Positions 7,776 to 17,822 of a DNA stretch of 52,812 nucleotides are shown one piece after another (position 1 is the stretch's first letter; each line of letters starts with the position of its first letter). A model generated the notes under the pieces. It ran no database searches, had not been told where the DNA came from, and was given only the letters and a program-made list of their open reading frames with translations. This DNA comes from an uncultured Bacilli bacterium (GTDB taxonomy: Bacteria > Bacillota_I > Bacilli_A > RF39 > UBA660), in assembly GCA_947631655.1 (NCBI GenBank), contig CANRME010000002.1:1-52812 (forward strand). The letters run 5' to 3'. The position numbers were made by a program, and so were the translations under genes.

Positions 7776-9602
7776 CTATTTCCATCTCCGCTTATCATTT
7801 AAATAATCATTAACTTTTATTTTTTTTCTATGAAGTTCTAAACTATATGGTTTTTCTTCAGGGAAATATTCCTTTTGAGAAGTATAATCATAAGAATCTA
7901 CTATTTCTTTTGGATGTAATTCATTGTATGGTACCGCTTTTAATACGTTACTTATTTCTTTAGCAAAAACATTATTTATAAAATCTGCTATTTCTTTACT
8001 ATTAGCGATTGGATAATTTTCTCGAGGAATTGAATACACATTTAAATCAGTTTTAATTTTATTTAATACTTCTTCATCAAATTTGATTGGTAAACCTGCA
8101 ATTAATATTTTTTTAAATTCCGCATAGTTCCCCTTAATTAAACATTCAATTGGTTCTACTCTTACCCAGGTTGGTTTTTCATAACTTCCACGATAAGTAT
8201 TACCATTAGAAAAGTGATAACAAAAATCATCTGTTCGATAAAAACTGGGTGTTACTCTTATTGCTTTAATACCAAAAGCGTGATAAACGCTTTGTTTCTC
8301 TTTGGTTTTAGGATTCGTAAAATAAGTATCAGTTTTTTCTAGCAAATCGTTTTGATAAGCTTTTTCAAATAATTCTTGGTATCCATCATTTAAAATGCTT
8401 TGAGGAGATTCCTCTTTTAGCCAGCCGATGCTTCCTTTTACCTTAGTAAATGTTTTTTCTAACGAATCGAAATAAAATCCCATTCTTATTCCTAAAAAAC
8501 TGAAATCAAAGTTTTTCATAAACTCTATGGTTCCTATTGCTCCTAGATAATCAGCGCTACCCAAATCCCAATTTGCATTAAGATGATTCCACTCTGTTAA
8601 ATAAGAACATTCAGTTGTACCTTTATGTGCCACCCAGTTACGATAATCTTCATAATCTTCTTCTCCCATATTTACAAGTCCAAGACCCCCTGTTAATAAA
8701 GCATAATCACTAATTTCACGGGCATTTTTATCTCCCAAATTTGTAGCATAAATAAAACGGCCTTCGATAACTCGAGATCCTAAAGAAACTAAAGATAGTT
8801 TTTTTACTTCTTCTTTTTGGAGTATTGAAACTAAATAATGTTCCTTAAAGCTTTTAAATAATTGAGTTTTTATTCTTTTAAGAAATTCTTGTTTATCAAA
8901 AGCTTCATTCCAAACTTCTTGCATTTTTTTGTACACATTTTCTTCACTAACCATTTCTCTCGATAAAATTGGACTTATAAAATAGTTTCCCACTTTACAA
9001 AATGGAACTCTTTGAACTAGAAAATATTCTTTACGTCTTCCATCATAAACTACTTTATAAGGAGTATCGCTTATTTGATATTCATCCAAACCATCATATT
9101 TTTTCCCGGTTTTTAATAGAGAGTGACCACCAAGACCAATTAAAAAAACATCTTCAACCATTCTTGTAAATAGTTTCCCTGGATAATTAAAAAAAGGAAA
9201 ATAAAATTTATTTGGTTTTGCATAATCTTTTTTCATAATTTGAAAATCACTATCACATTCCAAATCTGCTAACCATTCATCAGGAATTGCTAATTTAAAC
9301 ATGAATGGAACACAAGCACAATTACGGACGGAATTCTCCCAAGCATCCATACGTGTCAATTTCCCGTTATTTTTATACCAATATGGATTACAATCCGCGG
9401 TTGCTCTATCAGGGGCCCATGAACCAAAGCCAGTGCTATAATCTGTTGGGGCAATACCAAAAGTCCAAGGATATATTTTTTTATACTGACTATATATATT
9501 TTTTATTGCTAAGTCCATCGCTGATGCTTGATAATCGGTACCAACCTCAGTAGGTAATTCTGGTTTAATATCAAAATCAAATATTTCTTCTAATTTATTC
9601 AT
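7776..9602 (-). CDS. Hypothetical cytoplasmic protein, 608 aa, aromatic-rich, no family recognised
   Basis: Long uninterrupted ORF with a good RBS (AGGAG) and its own promoter and terminator. It has no signal peptide or TM segment, and I could recognise no catalytic motif. Confidence 0.6.
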   Translation of the reverse strand: MNKLEEIFDFDIKPELPTEVGTDYQASAMDLAIKNIYSQYKKIYPWTFGIAPTDYSTGFGSWAPDRATADCNPYWYKNNGKLTRMDAWENSVRNCACVPFMFKLAIPDEWLADLECDSDFQIMKKDYAKPNKFYFPFFNYPGKLFTRMVEDVFLIGLGGHSLLKTGKKYDGLDEYQISDTPYKVVYDGRRKEYFLVQRVPFCKVGNYFISPILSREMVSEENVYKKMQEVWNEAFDKQEFLKRIKTQLFKSFKEHYLVSILQKEEVKKLSLVSLGSRVIEGRFIYATNLGDKNAREISDYALLTGGLGLVNMGEEDYEDYRNWVAHKGTTECSYLTEWNHLNANWDLGSADYLGAIGTIEFMKNFDFSFLGIRMGFYFDSLEKTFTKVKGSIGWLKEESPQSILNDGYQELFEKAYQNDLLEKTDTYFTNPKTKEKQSVYHAFGIKAIRVTPSFYRTDDFCYHFSNGNTYRGSYEKPTWVRVEPIECLIKGNYAEFKKILIAGLPIKFDEEVLNKIKTDLNVYSIPRENYPIANSKEIADFINNVFAKEISNVLKAVPYNELHPKEIVDSYDYTSQKEYFPEEKPYSLELHRKKIKVNDYLNDKRRWK

Positions 9603-9630
9603 ATGAAGTCACTCCTTTAAAAGTATTTTT

Positions 9631-9658
9631 ATTATACCACCAATAGATAAAATGACAA
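9631..9658 (-). promoter_or_regulatory. Strong sigma-A-type promoter of the 608-aa gene
   Basis: Minus strand reads TTGTCA, 16 nt spacer, TATAAT, with TGg just upstream (extended -10). AGGAG and the ATG follow about 25 nt downstream. Confidence 0.55.
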
Positions 9659-9662
9659 AGAA

Positions 9663-9689
9663 AAAAGAGTGAAATTAATCACCCTTAGT
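9663..9689. repeat. Left copy of the 27-bp direct repeat (target-site duplication) flanking the IS
   Basis: aaaagagtgaaattaatcacccttagt is identical to 10811-10837. On the minus strand it contains a terminator-like hairpin (AGGGTGA TTAATT TCACTCT TTTT). Confidence 0.9.
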
Positions 9690-10810
9690 GTAGTGTTACA
9701 ATTGATGTGAGACATTTCTATATAAAAAAAGTAATTCAAGTCGTATAATTGAGTTAACGAAATAACAATAATACGAAAGGACTTGAATTACATGAATAGT
9801 ATATCACAAAACATTAGATATTTACCACATGATTTAAACACTAAATTTTATGCTGTTAAAGCTTATAGAAATGGCAATAAAGCTCAATATGTTTGTAGGA
9901 AGTATCATATCTCTAAAGCTTCTTTATCTAGATGGAACAGAAAATTTGATGGCACCAAAGAATCTTTAATTGATAAATCCCATCGCCCTCTTACTCCTCA
10001 TCCTAATGCCCATACTGATTTAGAACTTAAATGGATTAAAGATTATATTAGAAGAAATCCTCATATAACTCTTTGTGAATTATGGTATAAATTAAGATTA
10101 AACAAAGGTTATTCTAGACATCCTGGTAGTTTATATCGAGTTTTAAAAAGAATTGGGTATTATAATGAATTCAACATTAAAAATACCTCTAAATATACCC
10201 CTAAGAAGTATGATACTCCTAAAGAGATAGGTAAGAAATGGCAGATTGATGTTAAATTTGTTCCTAATGAATGTAAAGCTTCTAATTTACCACATGATTT
10301 AAAGTTTTATCAGTGGACTTGTATTGATGAAGCATCACGTGAAAGATTTATTTATCATTATACTGAACATATTCCTGCTAACACTGTTGATTTTATGTAT
10401 AGATGTTTCTTATTTTATGGATATAAACCTAAAGAAATACAAACTGATAATGGTACGGAATTTACTTGGAACCAAGACAAAATGAAAAAGATCCATCCTT
10501 TAGATGCTTTATGTTTGAAAGAAGGAATATATCATCATAAAATTAAACCTAGAACACCAAGACATAATGGTAAAGTAGAAAGAAGTCATAGAAATGATAA
10601 TGAAAGATTTTATAATAATTTAAAATTTTATTCTCTAGAAGATTTAAGATATCAAGCTAAGTTATATTTAAAAAGATCAAACAATATACCAATGTCTGTA
10701 CTAAATTATAGAACACCAAATGAACAAAGATTATATTTAGAAAAAAAATTAACCCAATTATCTTGAATTAATTTTATAAATTTTTAGTTTCACATCATTT
10801 ACAAATATAC
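9690..10810 (+). mobile_element. Insertion sequence (~1121 bp) with a single DDE/rve transposase gene, IS481- or IS1202(ISNCY)-like
   Basis: Imperfect terminal inverted repeats both start with GTA and share the core TGATGTGA(G/A)AC. They are 9690-9713 GTAGTGTTACAATTGATGTGAGAC and the reverse complement of 10787-10810, GTATATTTGTAAATGATGTGAAAC. An identical 27-bp direct repeat flanks the element. Confidence 0.8.
9792..10766 (+). CDS. DDE (integrase-core/rve) transposase
   Basis: N-terminal HTH region. Catalytic-triad contexts are WQIDVKFV, IQTDNGTEF and HNGKVERSHR. The ATG at 9792 has AAAGGA upstream; the track start at 9783 is a TTG. Confidence 0.85.
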   Translation: MNSISQNIRYLPHDLNTKFYAVKAYRNGNKAQYVCRKYHISKASLSRWNRKFDGTKESLIDKSHRPLTPHPNAHTDLELKWIKDYIRRNPHITLCELWYKLRLNKGYSRHPGSLYRVLKRIGYYNEFNIKNTSKYTPKKYDTPKEIGKKWQIDVKFVPNECKASNLPHDLKFYQWTCIDEASRERFIYHYTEHIPANTVDFMYRCFLFYGYKPKEIQTDNGTEFTWNQDKMKKIHPLDALCLKEGIYHHKIKPRTPRHNGKVERSHRNDNERFYNNLKFYSLEDLRYQAKLYLKRSNNIPMSVLNYRTPNEQRLYLEKKLTQLS

Positions 10811-10837
10811 AAAAGAGTGAAATTAATCACCCTTAGT
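10811..10837 (-). terminator. Right copy of the 27-bp repeat, acting as intrinsic terminator of the YfcC-like gene
   Basis: It lies 10 nt downstream of the stop at 10847. On the minus strand the hairpin AGGGTGA/TCACTCT (one G-U pair) is followed by TTTT. Confidence 0.6.
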
Positions 10838-10846
10838 TGCTTTATA

Positions 10847-12286
10847 TTATAGATACGCAATTACTACAAATACTAGTAATAAAATAACTAACATTGTAGC
10901 AAAGAATTTCCAAATAAATTTTAACCATGATTTATAAGAAACATCAGCATATGATAAGCCAGCCATTAAGATAACACTAGTTGGAACAACTAAACTTGCT
11001 AAACCATTTATACTTGGATATATAATCGCAATTATGTTAGTAAAATCAGTATAAGATGCTGCATAGAATGCTCCAACAGTATAACCAGTGAATCCAAAGT
11101 CGGAATGGAATAAAGTAGTTATGAAACTAGTTAAGGTTGTAATTATTGGATTGAATCCTTTAAATAAGTTTTCAATAAAGTTTACCATTGTTGGTACATT
11201 GTATGTTGCTGCTCCAAACATACAAACAGTATAGCAAAGAATAATGAATAGTGCTGGACGTAACATTTTTTTAACACCATCGAAGGCATTTTCTAATAAA
11301 ACATCAAATTTAACATGAGAGATAAATTTTAATAAGAAAGTCGATAACATAATGATTAAACTTATAACGTTCATATCCCAAGTACCAAAAGCACTAATAC
11401 CGCTACCTAAAATAGTAGTAATTATAGGGATATCACCTATTTTGACATCGGTTCTTAGCCAAGTATCGAAATCATTAAAGATATTTACTTTAAAGACGCC
11501 AGCGTAATCAACATATCCTAAAACAATAAAGATTAATAGTAAGCTAAAGATTAGAATTATTGGCCACGTATGCGCTTTACTACTCTTAGTTTCTGCTACC
11601 ATAAATTTATCAGTTTCAACTTCTTCTTTTAATTCTTTATTCTTTTTAGTAGTTATCTTATGAATATATAGAGCCATAAATAAAGCATATACAACATAAG
11701 CAATGACTAAAATACCAAATTTTAAGCCCATATCAACAGTTTGTTCTAAGCCTAAATTTTGTAGTAAGAAACTTAAACTATAGTTACCATAAGTGGTTCC
11801 AAGAATACCAATTAAAGCAGCTCCAAAGGTTGATGCTACTCCTACGACTTTACCAAGTCCTAATTTTAGAATAACACTTATAACGAATGGCGCAAAAACT
11901 AAAATAGGTAAAACTTCCATAGAAATTGAAGCATAAACGGCAAATAATAAAGATGCTAATAAAACGAATAGTAAAGGTTTATTTTCAAATGTCTTAGCAG
12001 TTTTAGATACTAGTTTACGATAACCATCAGTTCTTGATAAAACACCATAGAATGCTCCAACTACTAAGATAAATACAATATTTGGTAAATATGAATTTAG
12101 AACATAGTAAAATGGCATTCTAAATAAATCATCAAGTCCCAAACGATACATTCCGCTACTTGAAAAAGTTGCGCCACTAAATTGACCACCAGGAATAATC
12201 CAAGATAAAATAACAACAAGAATTAGAACTCCTAGTAGAACTTTAAATAAATCATGATTTTTAAACCATTGTTTTAATTTTTTCAT
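10847..12286 (-). CDS. YfcC/DcuC-superfamily integral membrane transporter
   Basis: About 12 hydrophobic segments. The N-terminus KQWFKNHDLFKVLLGVLILVVILSWIIPGG resembles YfcC-family proteins. Confidence 0.55.
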   Translation of the reverse strand: MKKLKQWFKNHDLFKVLLGVLILVVILSWIIPGGQFSGATFSSSGMYRLGLDDLFRMPFYYVLNSYLPNIVFILVVGAFYGVLSRTDGYRKLVSKTAKTFENKPLLFVLLASLLFAVYASISMEVLPILVFAPFVISVILKLGLGKVVGVASTFGAALIGILGTTYGNYSLSFLLQNLGLEQTVDMGLKFGILVIAYVVYALFMALYIHKITTKKNKELKEEVETDKFMVAETKSSKAHTWPIILIFSLLLIFIVLGYVDYAGVFKVNIFNDFDTWLRTDVKIGDIPIITTILGSGISAFGTWDMNVISLIIMLSTFLLKFISHVKFDVLLENAFDGVKKMLRPALFIILCYTVCMFGAATYNVPTMVNFIENLFKGFNPIITTLTSFITTLFHSDFGFTGYTVGAFYAASYTDFTNIIAIIYPSINGLASLVVPTSVILMAGLSYADVSYKSWLKFIWKFFATMLVILLLVFVVIAYL

Positions 12287-12331
12287 TTCTATCTCCTCCT
12301 ACTAAAATTATATCACAAGTTAGAAAATATA

Positions 12332-12362
12332 GAAAAAAATTTAGGATTTTTCACCTAAATTT
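12332..12362 (-). terminator. Rho-independent terminator of lysS
   Basis: Stem aatttagg/cctaaatt, followed on the minus strand by a T7 run. Confidence 0.6.
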
Positions 12363-12372
12363 CATCTAAAAT

Positions 12373-13851
12373 TTAATTATTTGGTTTCATTAATGGGAAT
12401 AAGACCACATCACGAATGGATGGTTGGTTATAAATTAGCATCATTAATCTATCAATACCAAATCCTAAACCAGAGATTGGAGGCATTCCTTGTTCCATAG
12501 CGCTAAGGAATGTTTCATCCATATCCATAGTTTCTTCGTCCCCTTGAGCTTTAGCTTTTAATTGGTCTTCAAAAGCATTTCTTTGAACTACTGGGTCAAC
12601 TAACTCACTATAAGCTTTGCATAATTCGGTACCACAAACTAGAACTTGGAAAACATCAATAATTCTTTTGTCTTTATCATTTCTTCTAGCTAGAGGAATT
12701 AAAACGGCAGGATAGTTATAGATAATCGTTGGTTCAATAATGTCAGCTCTAATTAATTTTTTATAGCAGAAATCAATTATTTGACTTAAACTTTTATATT
12801 CTTCTAATTCTGCATAGGTAAATAAACCTTTATCAACAATTTGTTTTTTTAGTTCTTCAGGTTCTTCAATACTTAAGAAATTAAAACCAAATTTTTTAGT
12901 CATTTCTTCAACGTAGTTAATTCTTTTCCAATTTTCTTTACCAAAATCCAATGTGTGTCCTTGGTATTCAATAGTAGTTGTTCCAACAAGTTCTTGTAAT
13001 AACCCTCTAATAAAGTTTTGATAGAATTTAATGTTATCTTCAAAATTCCAGTAAGATGCATACCACTCTACTTGGGTAAATTCTTGTAAATGTTCGGTAT
13101 CCATTCCTTCATTTCTAAAACATTTAGCAACTTCATAAACACGGTCATAACCAGCAGCGATACATTGTTTTAAGTAAGTTTCCGGAGCAATTCTTAAATT
13201 ACAATCGATATCTAGGGCATTATGATGAGTATAGAAAGGACGAGCAGAAGCACCACAGACAGCCGTTTGAATAATTGGAGTTTCTACTTGTAAGAAACCA
13301 TTTTCACCTAGAAATTTATGGATATATGCATATAACTTACTACGTCCTAAGAATACTTTACGGGCTTCTTCGTTCATGATTAAATCGACGTATCTTTCGC
13401 GATATTTAATTTCCGTATCAGTAAGACCGTGGAACTTTTCAGGTAGTGGTCTTAAGGCTTTACCGAGGAATTCAAAAGTATGAACTCTTAGGGTTTTTTC
13501 ACCAGTTTGAGTAGTAAATATTTCACCTTTAGCACCGATAAAATCACCAATATCAATAAGTTTTTTAAAGAAATCATATTTTTCTTCACCAACTTCATCG
13601 ATTTTAAATTCTAATTGCATATCACCTTCAATATCTCTAATTCTTACAAAGGAAAGTTTTCCCATTTTTCTAGCAAAAACAATTCTTCCGGCAAGAGAAA
13701 CATCTTTAGTACCATCTTCTAAGGCACGGGCATCTTTTAGAGAATGCGTTTTTTCATATCTTTCAGGATAAGGATTACAAATCTCTCTTATCTTTTCTAC
13801 TTTTTCCATTCTTACTTGTTCTTGTTCACTATATTCTTTCATAAGTTTCAC
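12373..13851 (-). CDS. lysS: Lysine--tRNA ligase (class II)
   Basis: OB-fold N-terminal domain; class II motifs FRNEGMD and GLGFGIDRLMM; typical length of 492 aa. Confidence 0.95.
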   Translation of the reverse strand: MKLMKEYSEQEQVRMEKVEKIREICNPYPERYEKTHSLKDARALEDGTKDVSLAGRIVFARKMGKLSFVRIRDIEGDMQLEFKIDEVGEEKYDFFKKLIDIGDFIGAKGEIFTTQTGEKTLRVHTFEFLGKALRPLPEKFHGLTDTEIKYRERYVDLIMNEEARKVFLGRSKLYAYIHKFLGENGFLQVETPIIQTAVCGASARPFYTHHNALDIDCNLRIAPETYLKQCIAAGYDRVYEVAKCFRNEGMDTEHLQEFTQVEWYASYWNFEDNIKFYQNFIRGLLQELVGTTTIEYQGHTLDFGKENWKRINYVEEMTKKFGFNFLSIEEPEELKKQIVDKGLFTYAELEEYKSLSQIIDFCYKKLIRADIIEPTIIYNYPAVLIPLARRNDKDKRIIDVFQVLVCGTELCKAYSELVDPVVQRNAFEDQLKAKAQGDEETMDMDETFLSAMEQGMPPISGLGFGIDRLMMLIYNQPSIRDVVLFPLMKPNN

Positions 13852-13895
13852 TTCTTTCTTTGATTATTTTATCATAAATATTTATTATTTCCTAC

Positions 13896-15797
13896 TTATT
13901 TTAACTTTAAGTCTAATTTATTAACGTCTAAGTCTAAATCAGTATCTAATTTTATTCTATCAATTTCGGTGATGATACTATCGATTTCGGTAATATTATC
14001 ACTAACTTTTTGTTTATTCTTTATGACGTCTATAAGAGTAAGTAATCTTTGATAATAATTTTTTAAAGCGATATTAATCTCTCTATAACTTAACTTATTA
14101 GGACGATTATAAACAAAATTTATATAATCAACCGCAATATCTCTTACTTGTTCTTGGTCAATACTAGAATGTTCATAATCATTATTCTTAATCATATTGA
14201 TAACTTTGATAATATCTTTAATAAACATATCTTTTTCAATAATAGAATTATCTACGGAAGGATTTTTTAAAGCATCTTTAATACTTTTATTAATAGTTAA
14301 AACTTTTTCGCTAGTATTTTGCTTTTTAGAAAATGATGATTCGATAGTATATTCGCGACCATAAAAATCTTTAGTTTCAGCATTTAATTCTAAATTAGGT
14401 TTATAATTTGGACTTCTATGAATATATTCTACATAATCTGTGGCTAGTTGTTTTAGATCCGCAATATCTTCTTCACAATCTTTATAAGGATTATTTTGAA
14501 TATATGCAATATTTTGCATTATATCTTTAATAAAACTATCTACTCTAGTTTCTTCTTTCCCTTTAGACGATTTACCTTCTTTTATTTCGGCTATTCTATC
14601 TTTTAAATTAGGCACATATACATCTTTTAAAGTTTTATTACCTTTAATTATAGGGGGAAGGTAACAAGAAGATAATGATAGAAATAAACTTAGAGGAATA
14701 TTTCCTGTAATAAGATGGGAAATAGTATATACGACCATATAAATAGCAATTTGAAATAGGGATATTTGAATATCTATACGACCTAATTCGTCAGCAGGAC
14801 AGCTATTCATTTTTTTCTCTTCTATTTTGTGAAAGTAAGATAAGATACTATATAATAATTTATGATGTTTAATTCTATTTAAAATATTATTTAAATAAAT
14901 TTTAGAAGATTCTTTGGCATACAAATTTCTTTTAGAACCAGCATTTAAATCATTAGCTATTTCTAAAGACCCCAAGTATTTAATGTTAATATTTTCTTTT
15001 AATTGGTCTTCTTCTATTTTATAATATACTGGTGTATTATCATCTTCATTTTGGTTATTTTTATCATAAATTAGGCTATCTAACTTTTCTATACTATGAG
15101 CGATACGATATTTAGATTGTTCTGATTTTATTTTTTCTTTAATGTTTTTTAATCTATTTTTTAATTCTTCTTGTTTATTACCTAATGTTAAAACAAAATT
15201 AGTACTTTCATCTTGATATTTTAGATACTCTTCACTTAATTCTTGTAAACTAATTAGTTCTTCTTTACAACTTGGATAAGAATTTACTTTTATAGCATTA
15301 ATAGTATCCACAATTTCTTCTAAGAAATTATCATTTAATTGAACTTTTTTTACAATATTTTTTTCTTCTTCACGATTAATGAAACTTAAAGCATTAGTAA
15401 GAACCTGCTCACATTCATAATATTTTTGTTTAGCACTTTTAAAACTTAAAATTTTTATCAATAGTTTAGAAGCACATCTTGATCCCATAAATATAGAAGA
15501 AATAAAGATTACTAAAGCATCAATATATGGTATTATACCTAAAGGGAAAAGAGAACTTAAAATGGCAAAAACTAAAGCACAACAAAAAGCAATTAGAAAA
15601 TTCATTCCTATATCTAGTGAACCAATATCATAAAACGTATTTTCTCTTTTTCTTAAAATTTTAAGATAAGCATTTTTATTATTTTTTAAATCTCTATAAG
15701 ATGCTTCTACTTTTTCTTTAGTAAAATAATAATTATAAAAATGTTCAATATAGGATATATTATCAGATATTTCTTTTTCCCTTTCTTTTTTCATCAT
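13896..15797 (-). CDS. Paralogue 1 (most divergent) of an uncharacterised 4-TM helical-repeat membrane protein
   Basis: It has the same architecture as the two upstream genes. It carries three copies of the DxF(I/L)(K/E)(D/E)I..I..I..N.Y....(D/E)...L...(A/S).(D/E)Y motif, two TM hairpins and the C-terminal tail LDLDVNKLDLKLK. It lies only 22 nt after paralogue 2. Confidence 0.7.
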   Translation of the reverse strand: MMKKEREKEISDNISYIEHFYNYYFTKEKVEASYRDLKNNKNAYLKILRKRENTFYDIGSLDIGMNFLIAFCCALVFAILSSLFPLGIIPYIDALVIFISSIFMGSRCASKLLIKILSFKSAKQKYYECEQVLTNALSFINREEEKNIVKKVQLNDNFLEEIVDTINAIKVNSYPSCKEELISLQELSEEYLKYQDESTNFVLTLGNKQEELKNRLKNIKEKIKSEQSKYRIAHSIEKLDSLIYDKNNQNEDDNTPVYYKIEEDQLKENINIKYLGSLEIANDLNAGSKRNLYAKESSKIYLNNILNRIKHHKLLYSILSYFHKIEEKKMNSCPADELGRIDIQISLFQIAIYMVVYTISHLITGNIPLSLFLSLSSCYLPPIIKGNKTLKDVYVPNLKDRIAEIKEGKSSKGKEETRVDSFIKDIMQNIAYIQNNPYKDCEEDIADLKQLATDYVEYIHRSPNYKPNLELNAETKDFYGREYTIESSFSKKQNTSEKVLTINKSIKDALKNPSVDNSIIEKDMFIKDIIKVINMIKNNDYEHSSIDQEQVRDIAVDYINFVYNRPNKLSYREINIALKNYYQRLLTLIDVIKNKQKVSDNITEIDSIITEIDRIKLDTDLDLDVNKLDLKLK

Positions 15798-15819
15798 TTA
15801 TCTCTCTTTCTATTACTTT

Positions 15820-17739
15820 TTACTTTAACTTTAATTCTAATTTATTAACATCTAGATTTAAATTATTATCTAATTTTATACCATCATTAATAGTTATTGT
15901 TGTAATATCATCTATATCTTCAATATTATCGCTTATTTTTTGTTTATTTTTTACTTTGAATACTACATTGTTTAATTGATAGTAATATTTCTTCATTTCG
16001 CTATTTATTTCTTCATAAGTATGAACACTTCCAAGTTTCCAATTAAGATAGTTTACTAAAATTCCTCTAGCCTCTTGTAATTCGTTATTAGAATAAGGAT
16101 AATCATTAGCTTTAATAGCATTTATTACTTTAATTATATCTTTGATAAAGACATCATTGTTAATAAGATAGTTATCAGTTTCGGGTTTATTTAAAGCTTC
16201 TTTAAGAGCTTTATTTATTTCAATAATATCTTGTTCTCTTTTTCTACTTTGATACATATGCATTTCAATTTCATATTGACGTTCATAAAAATCATATATA
16301 TCTTGATTGATTTTCAAAGTAGCATTATCGGCATATTGATAAGTAAACTCTGCATAATCTCTAGCTATTTCGTTTAAAGTAACAATATCTTGTTCACAAT
16401 CTTTATAGGGATGAGCTTTAATATATTCTATATCAGAAAATAAATCTTTTATAAAACTATCAACTTTTTTATTTTTAAAATTTTCTTTTATCTCATCTAT
16501 TCTTTTATCTCTATTTATTTCGTAACCAGTTTTTAATACTGATTTAAAGATTTTTTGTTCTTCCATATATCCTTTGTGTTCAGCCATATATGATTCCATT
16601 TTCTTTAATTCTTTATTTAAGTTATGCTTACCAATCAACATGCTAGGTACGAGGTAACAAATAATAGCACTTACTAAAGAAGTTATAATAATATGTCCAC
16701 TAGAAAACGCTAGAAATGGATTTATAATGGCGAAAAGCAAGCCAGAAATCCAGTTAGGTTTTTTATATTTATAGATATAAGACCAAAAAGTATACTTAAA
16801 ATTATGTTTATTAATTTCTTTATAATATTTAGTTACTTTCTCCATTTCTTTATTAATTGATGGTGAACTCCAATTCCTTGAAGTACGATTATTATATTGG
16901 TCAATTTTATCTAAGCTTTCTTCAGCTTCTTTAAAAATATTACGATATGGAGAAACGTTAATTCCTTTTGATGATTTTTGGTTGAGTGTTACTTTTTCCC
17001 CCACAATTAATTTATCTATTACTCTTAAAACGTTTTTTATTTTATAAGTTTGTTGTTTTGAAGATACTCTATCTTCTATTTCGTCTAAGCGTTTAGTAAA
17101 TTCATCTTTTTGATTAGTTAAAGATAGTTCTAAATTTGTATTATTATTTTGATAAGAAATATATTCTAAAGCTAAAGTTTGTAAAGATAATAATTCTTCT
17201 TTAGCAGTTTCATAAGAATTATATTGAATGTCTTTTATGGTGGAATAAATTTCTTGTAAAAAGGAATCAGTTAAAATTTCACTTTGATAATTTTCTTTTA
17301 TAGGTTTATCTAAATTATTAGTAAAACGTTCAACTAAATTATTATAAATTAGTCTAGCATAAGCTTTACGCCATTTGCTTTGGTATAGTTTTTCTAGAAT
17401 CCGGGTGTTTATAAGAATTGAAGGAATGATGGTTCCAATGACCATTTCTATTATCATGATATTGGTCATTGGTAAGACAGCAGGCGATAAAAGAATTATT
17501 CCACCTACAACAATATAAAAAATAAATAATGCTGCTTGTGAAAGAATAACATCATTAGAATCTAATTTATTTTGGAAAATGTTTGCTTTTTCACTAGACA
17601 AAATCATTTGCATAACTTCTTTTTTATGAGTTGTTAAAAAATTATGCATATCATTAAGAGCATCTCTATCTAAATCTAGTTTTTTTATATTACCATCTAA
17701 AATATCTTTAATAATAGATAATTCATTTCCATCTTCCAT
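15820..17739 (-). CDS. Paralogue 2 of the uncharacterised 4-TM helical-repeat membrane protein
   Basis: 639 aa, with RBS GGGGGA. TM hairpins are at about aa 65-115 and about aa 330-370. The motif copies are DSFLQEIYSTIKDIQYNSYETAKEELLSLQTLALEYISY, DSFIKDLFSDIEYIKAHPYKDCEQDIVTLNEIARDYAEF and DVFIKDIIKVINAIKANDYPYSNNELQEARGILVNYLNW. The tail is LNLDVNKLELKLK. Confidence 0.7.
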   Translation of the reverse strand: MEDGNELSIIKDILDGNIKKLDLDRDALNDMHNFLTTHKKEVMQMILSSEKANIFQNKLDSNDVILSQAALFIFYIVVGGIILLSPAVLPMTNIMIIEMVIGTIIPSILINTRILEKLYQSKWRKAYARLIYNNLVERFTNNLDKPIKENYQSEILTDSFLQEIYSTIKDIQYNSYETAKEELLSLQTLALEYISYQNNNTNLELSLTNQKDEFTKRLDEIEDRVSSKQQTYKIKNVLRVIDKLIVGEKVTLNQKSSKGINVSPYRNIFKEAEESLDKIDQYNNRTSRNWSSPSINKEMEKVTKYYKEINKHNFKYTFWSYIYKYKKPNWISGLLFAIINPFLAFSSGHIIITSLVSAIICYLVPSMLIGKHNLNKELKKMESYMAEHKGYMEEQKIFKSVLKTGYEINRDKRIDEIKENFKNKKVDSFIKDLFSDIEYIKAHPYKDCEQDIVTLNEIARDYAEFTYQYADNATLKINQDIYDFYERQYEIEMHMYQSRKREQDIIEINKALKEALNKPETDNYLINNDVFIKDIIKVINAIKANDYPYSNNELQEARGILVNYLNWKLGSVHTYEEINSEMKKYYYQLNNVVFKVKNKQKISDNIEDIDDITTITINDGIKLDNNLNLDVNKLELKLK

Positions 17740-17765
17740 ATATATCCCCCAAGACAGTATTGCTT

Positions 17766-17794
17766 ATTCTACTATAATTACCTTTAAAAGTAAA
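17766..17794 (-). promoter_or_regulatory. Putative promoter of paralogue 2 (duplicated copy of the paralogue 3 promoter)
   Basis: Minus strand reads TTTACT, 17 nt spacer, TAGAAT. The whole ~65-nt leader is roughly 85 percent identical by eye to 19752-19815. Confidence 0.4.
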
Positions 17795-17822
17795 GATATA
17801 TTGATATACCAATAATAAATTA

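Noticed and set aside
12287-13895. T-box or L-box leader upstream of lysS, and likewise upstream of argS at 36336
   Set aside because: The 5' gaps are only ~44 nt (lysS) and 2 nt (argS, preceded by the DUF1934 gene). That is too short for a 200-300-nt riboswitch or T-box leader.
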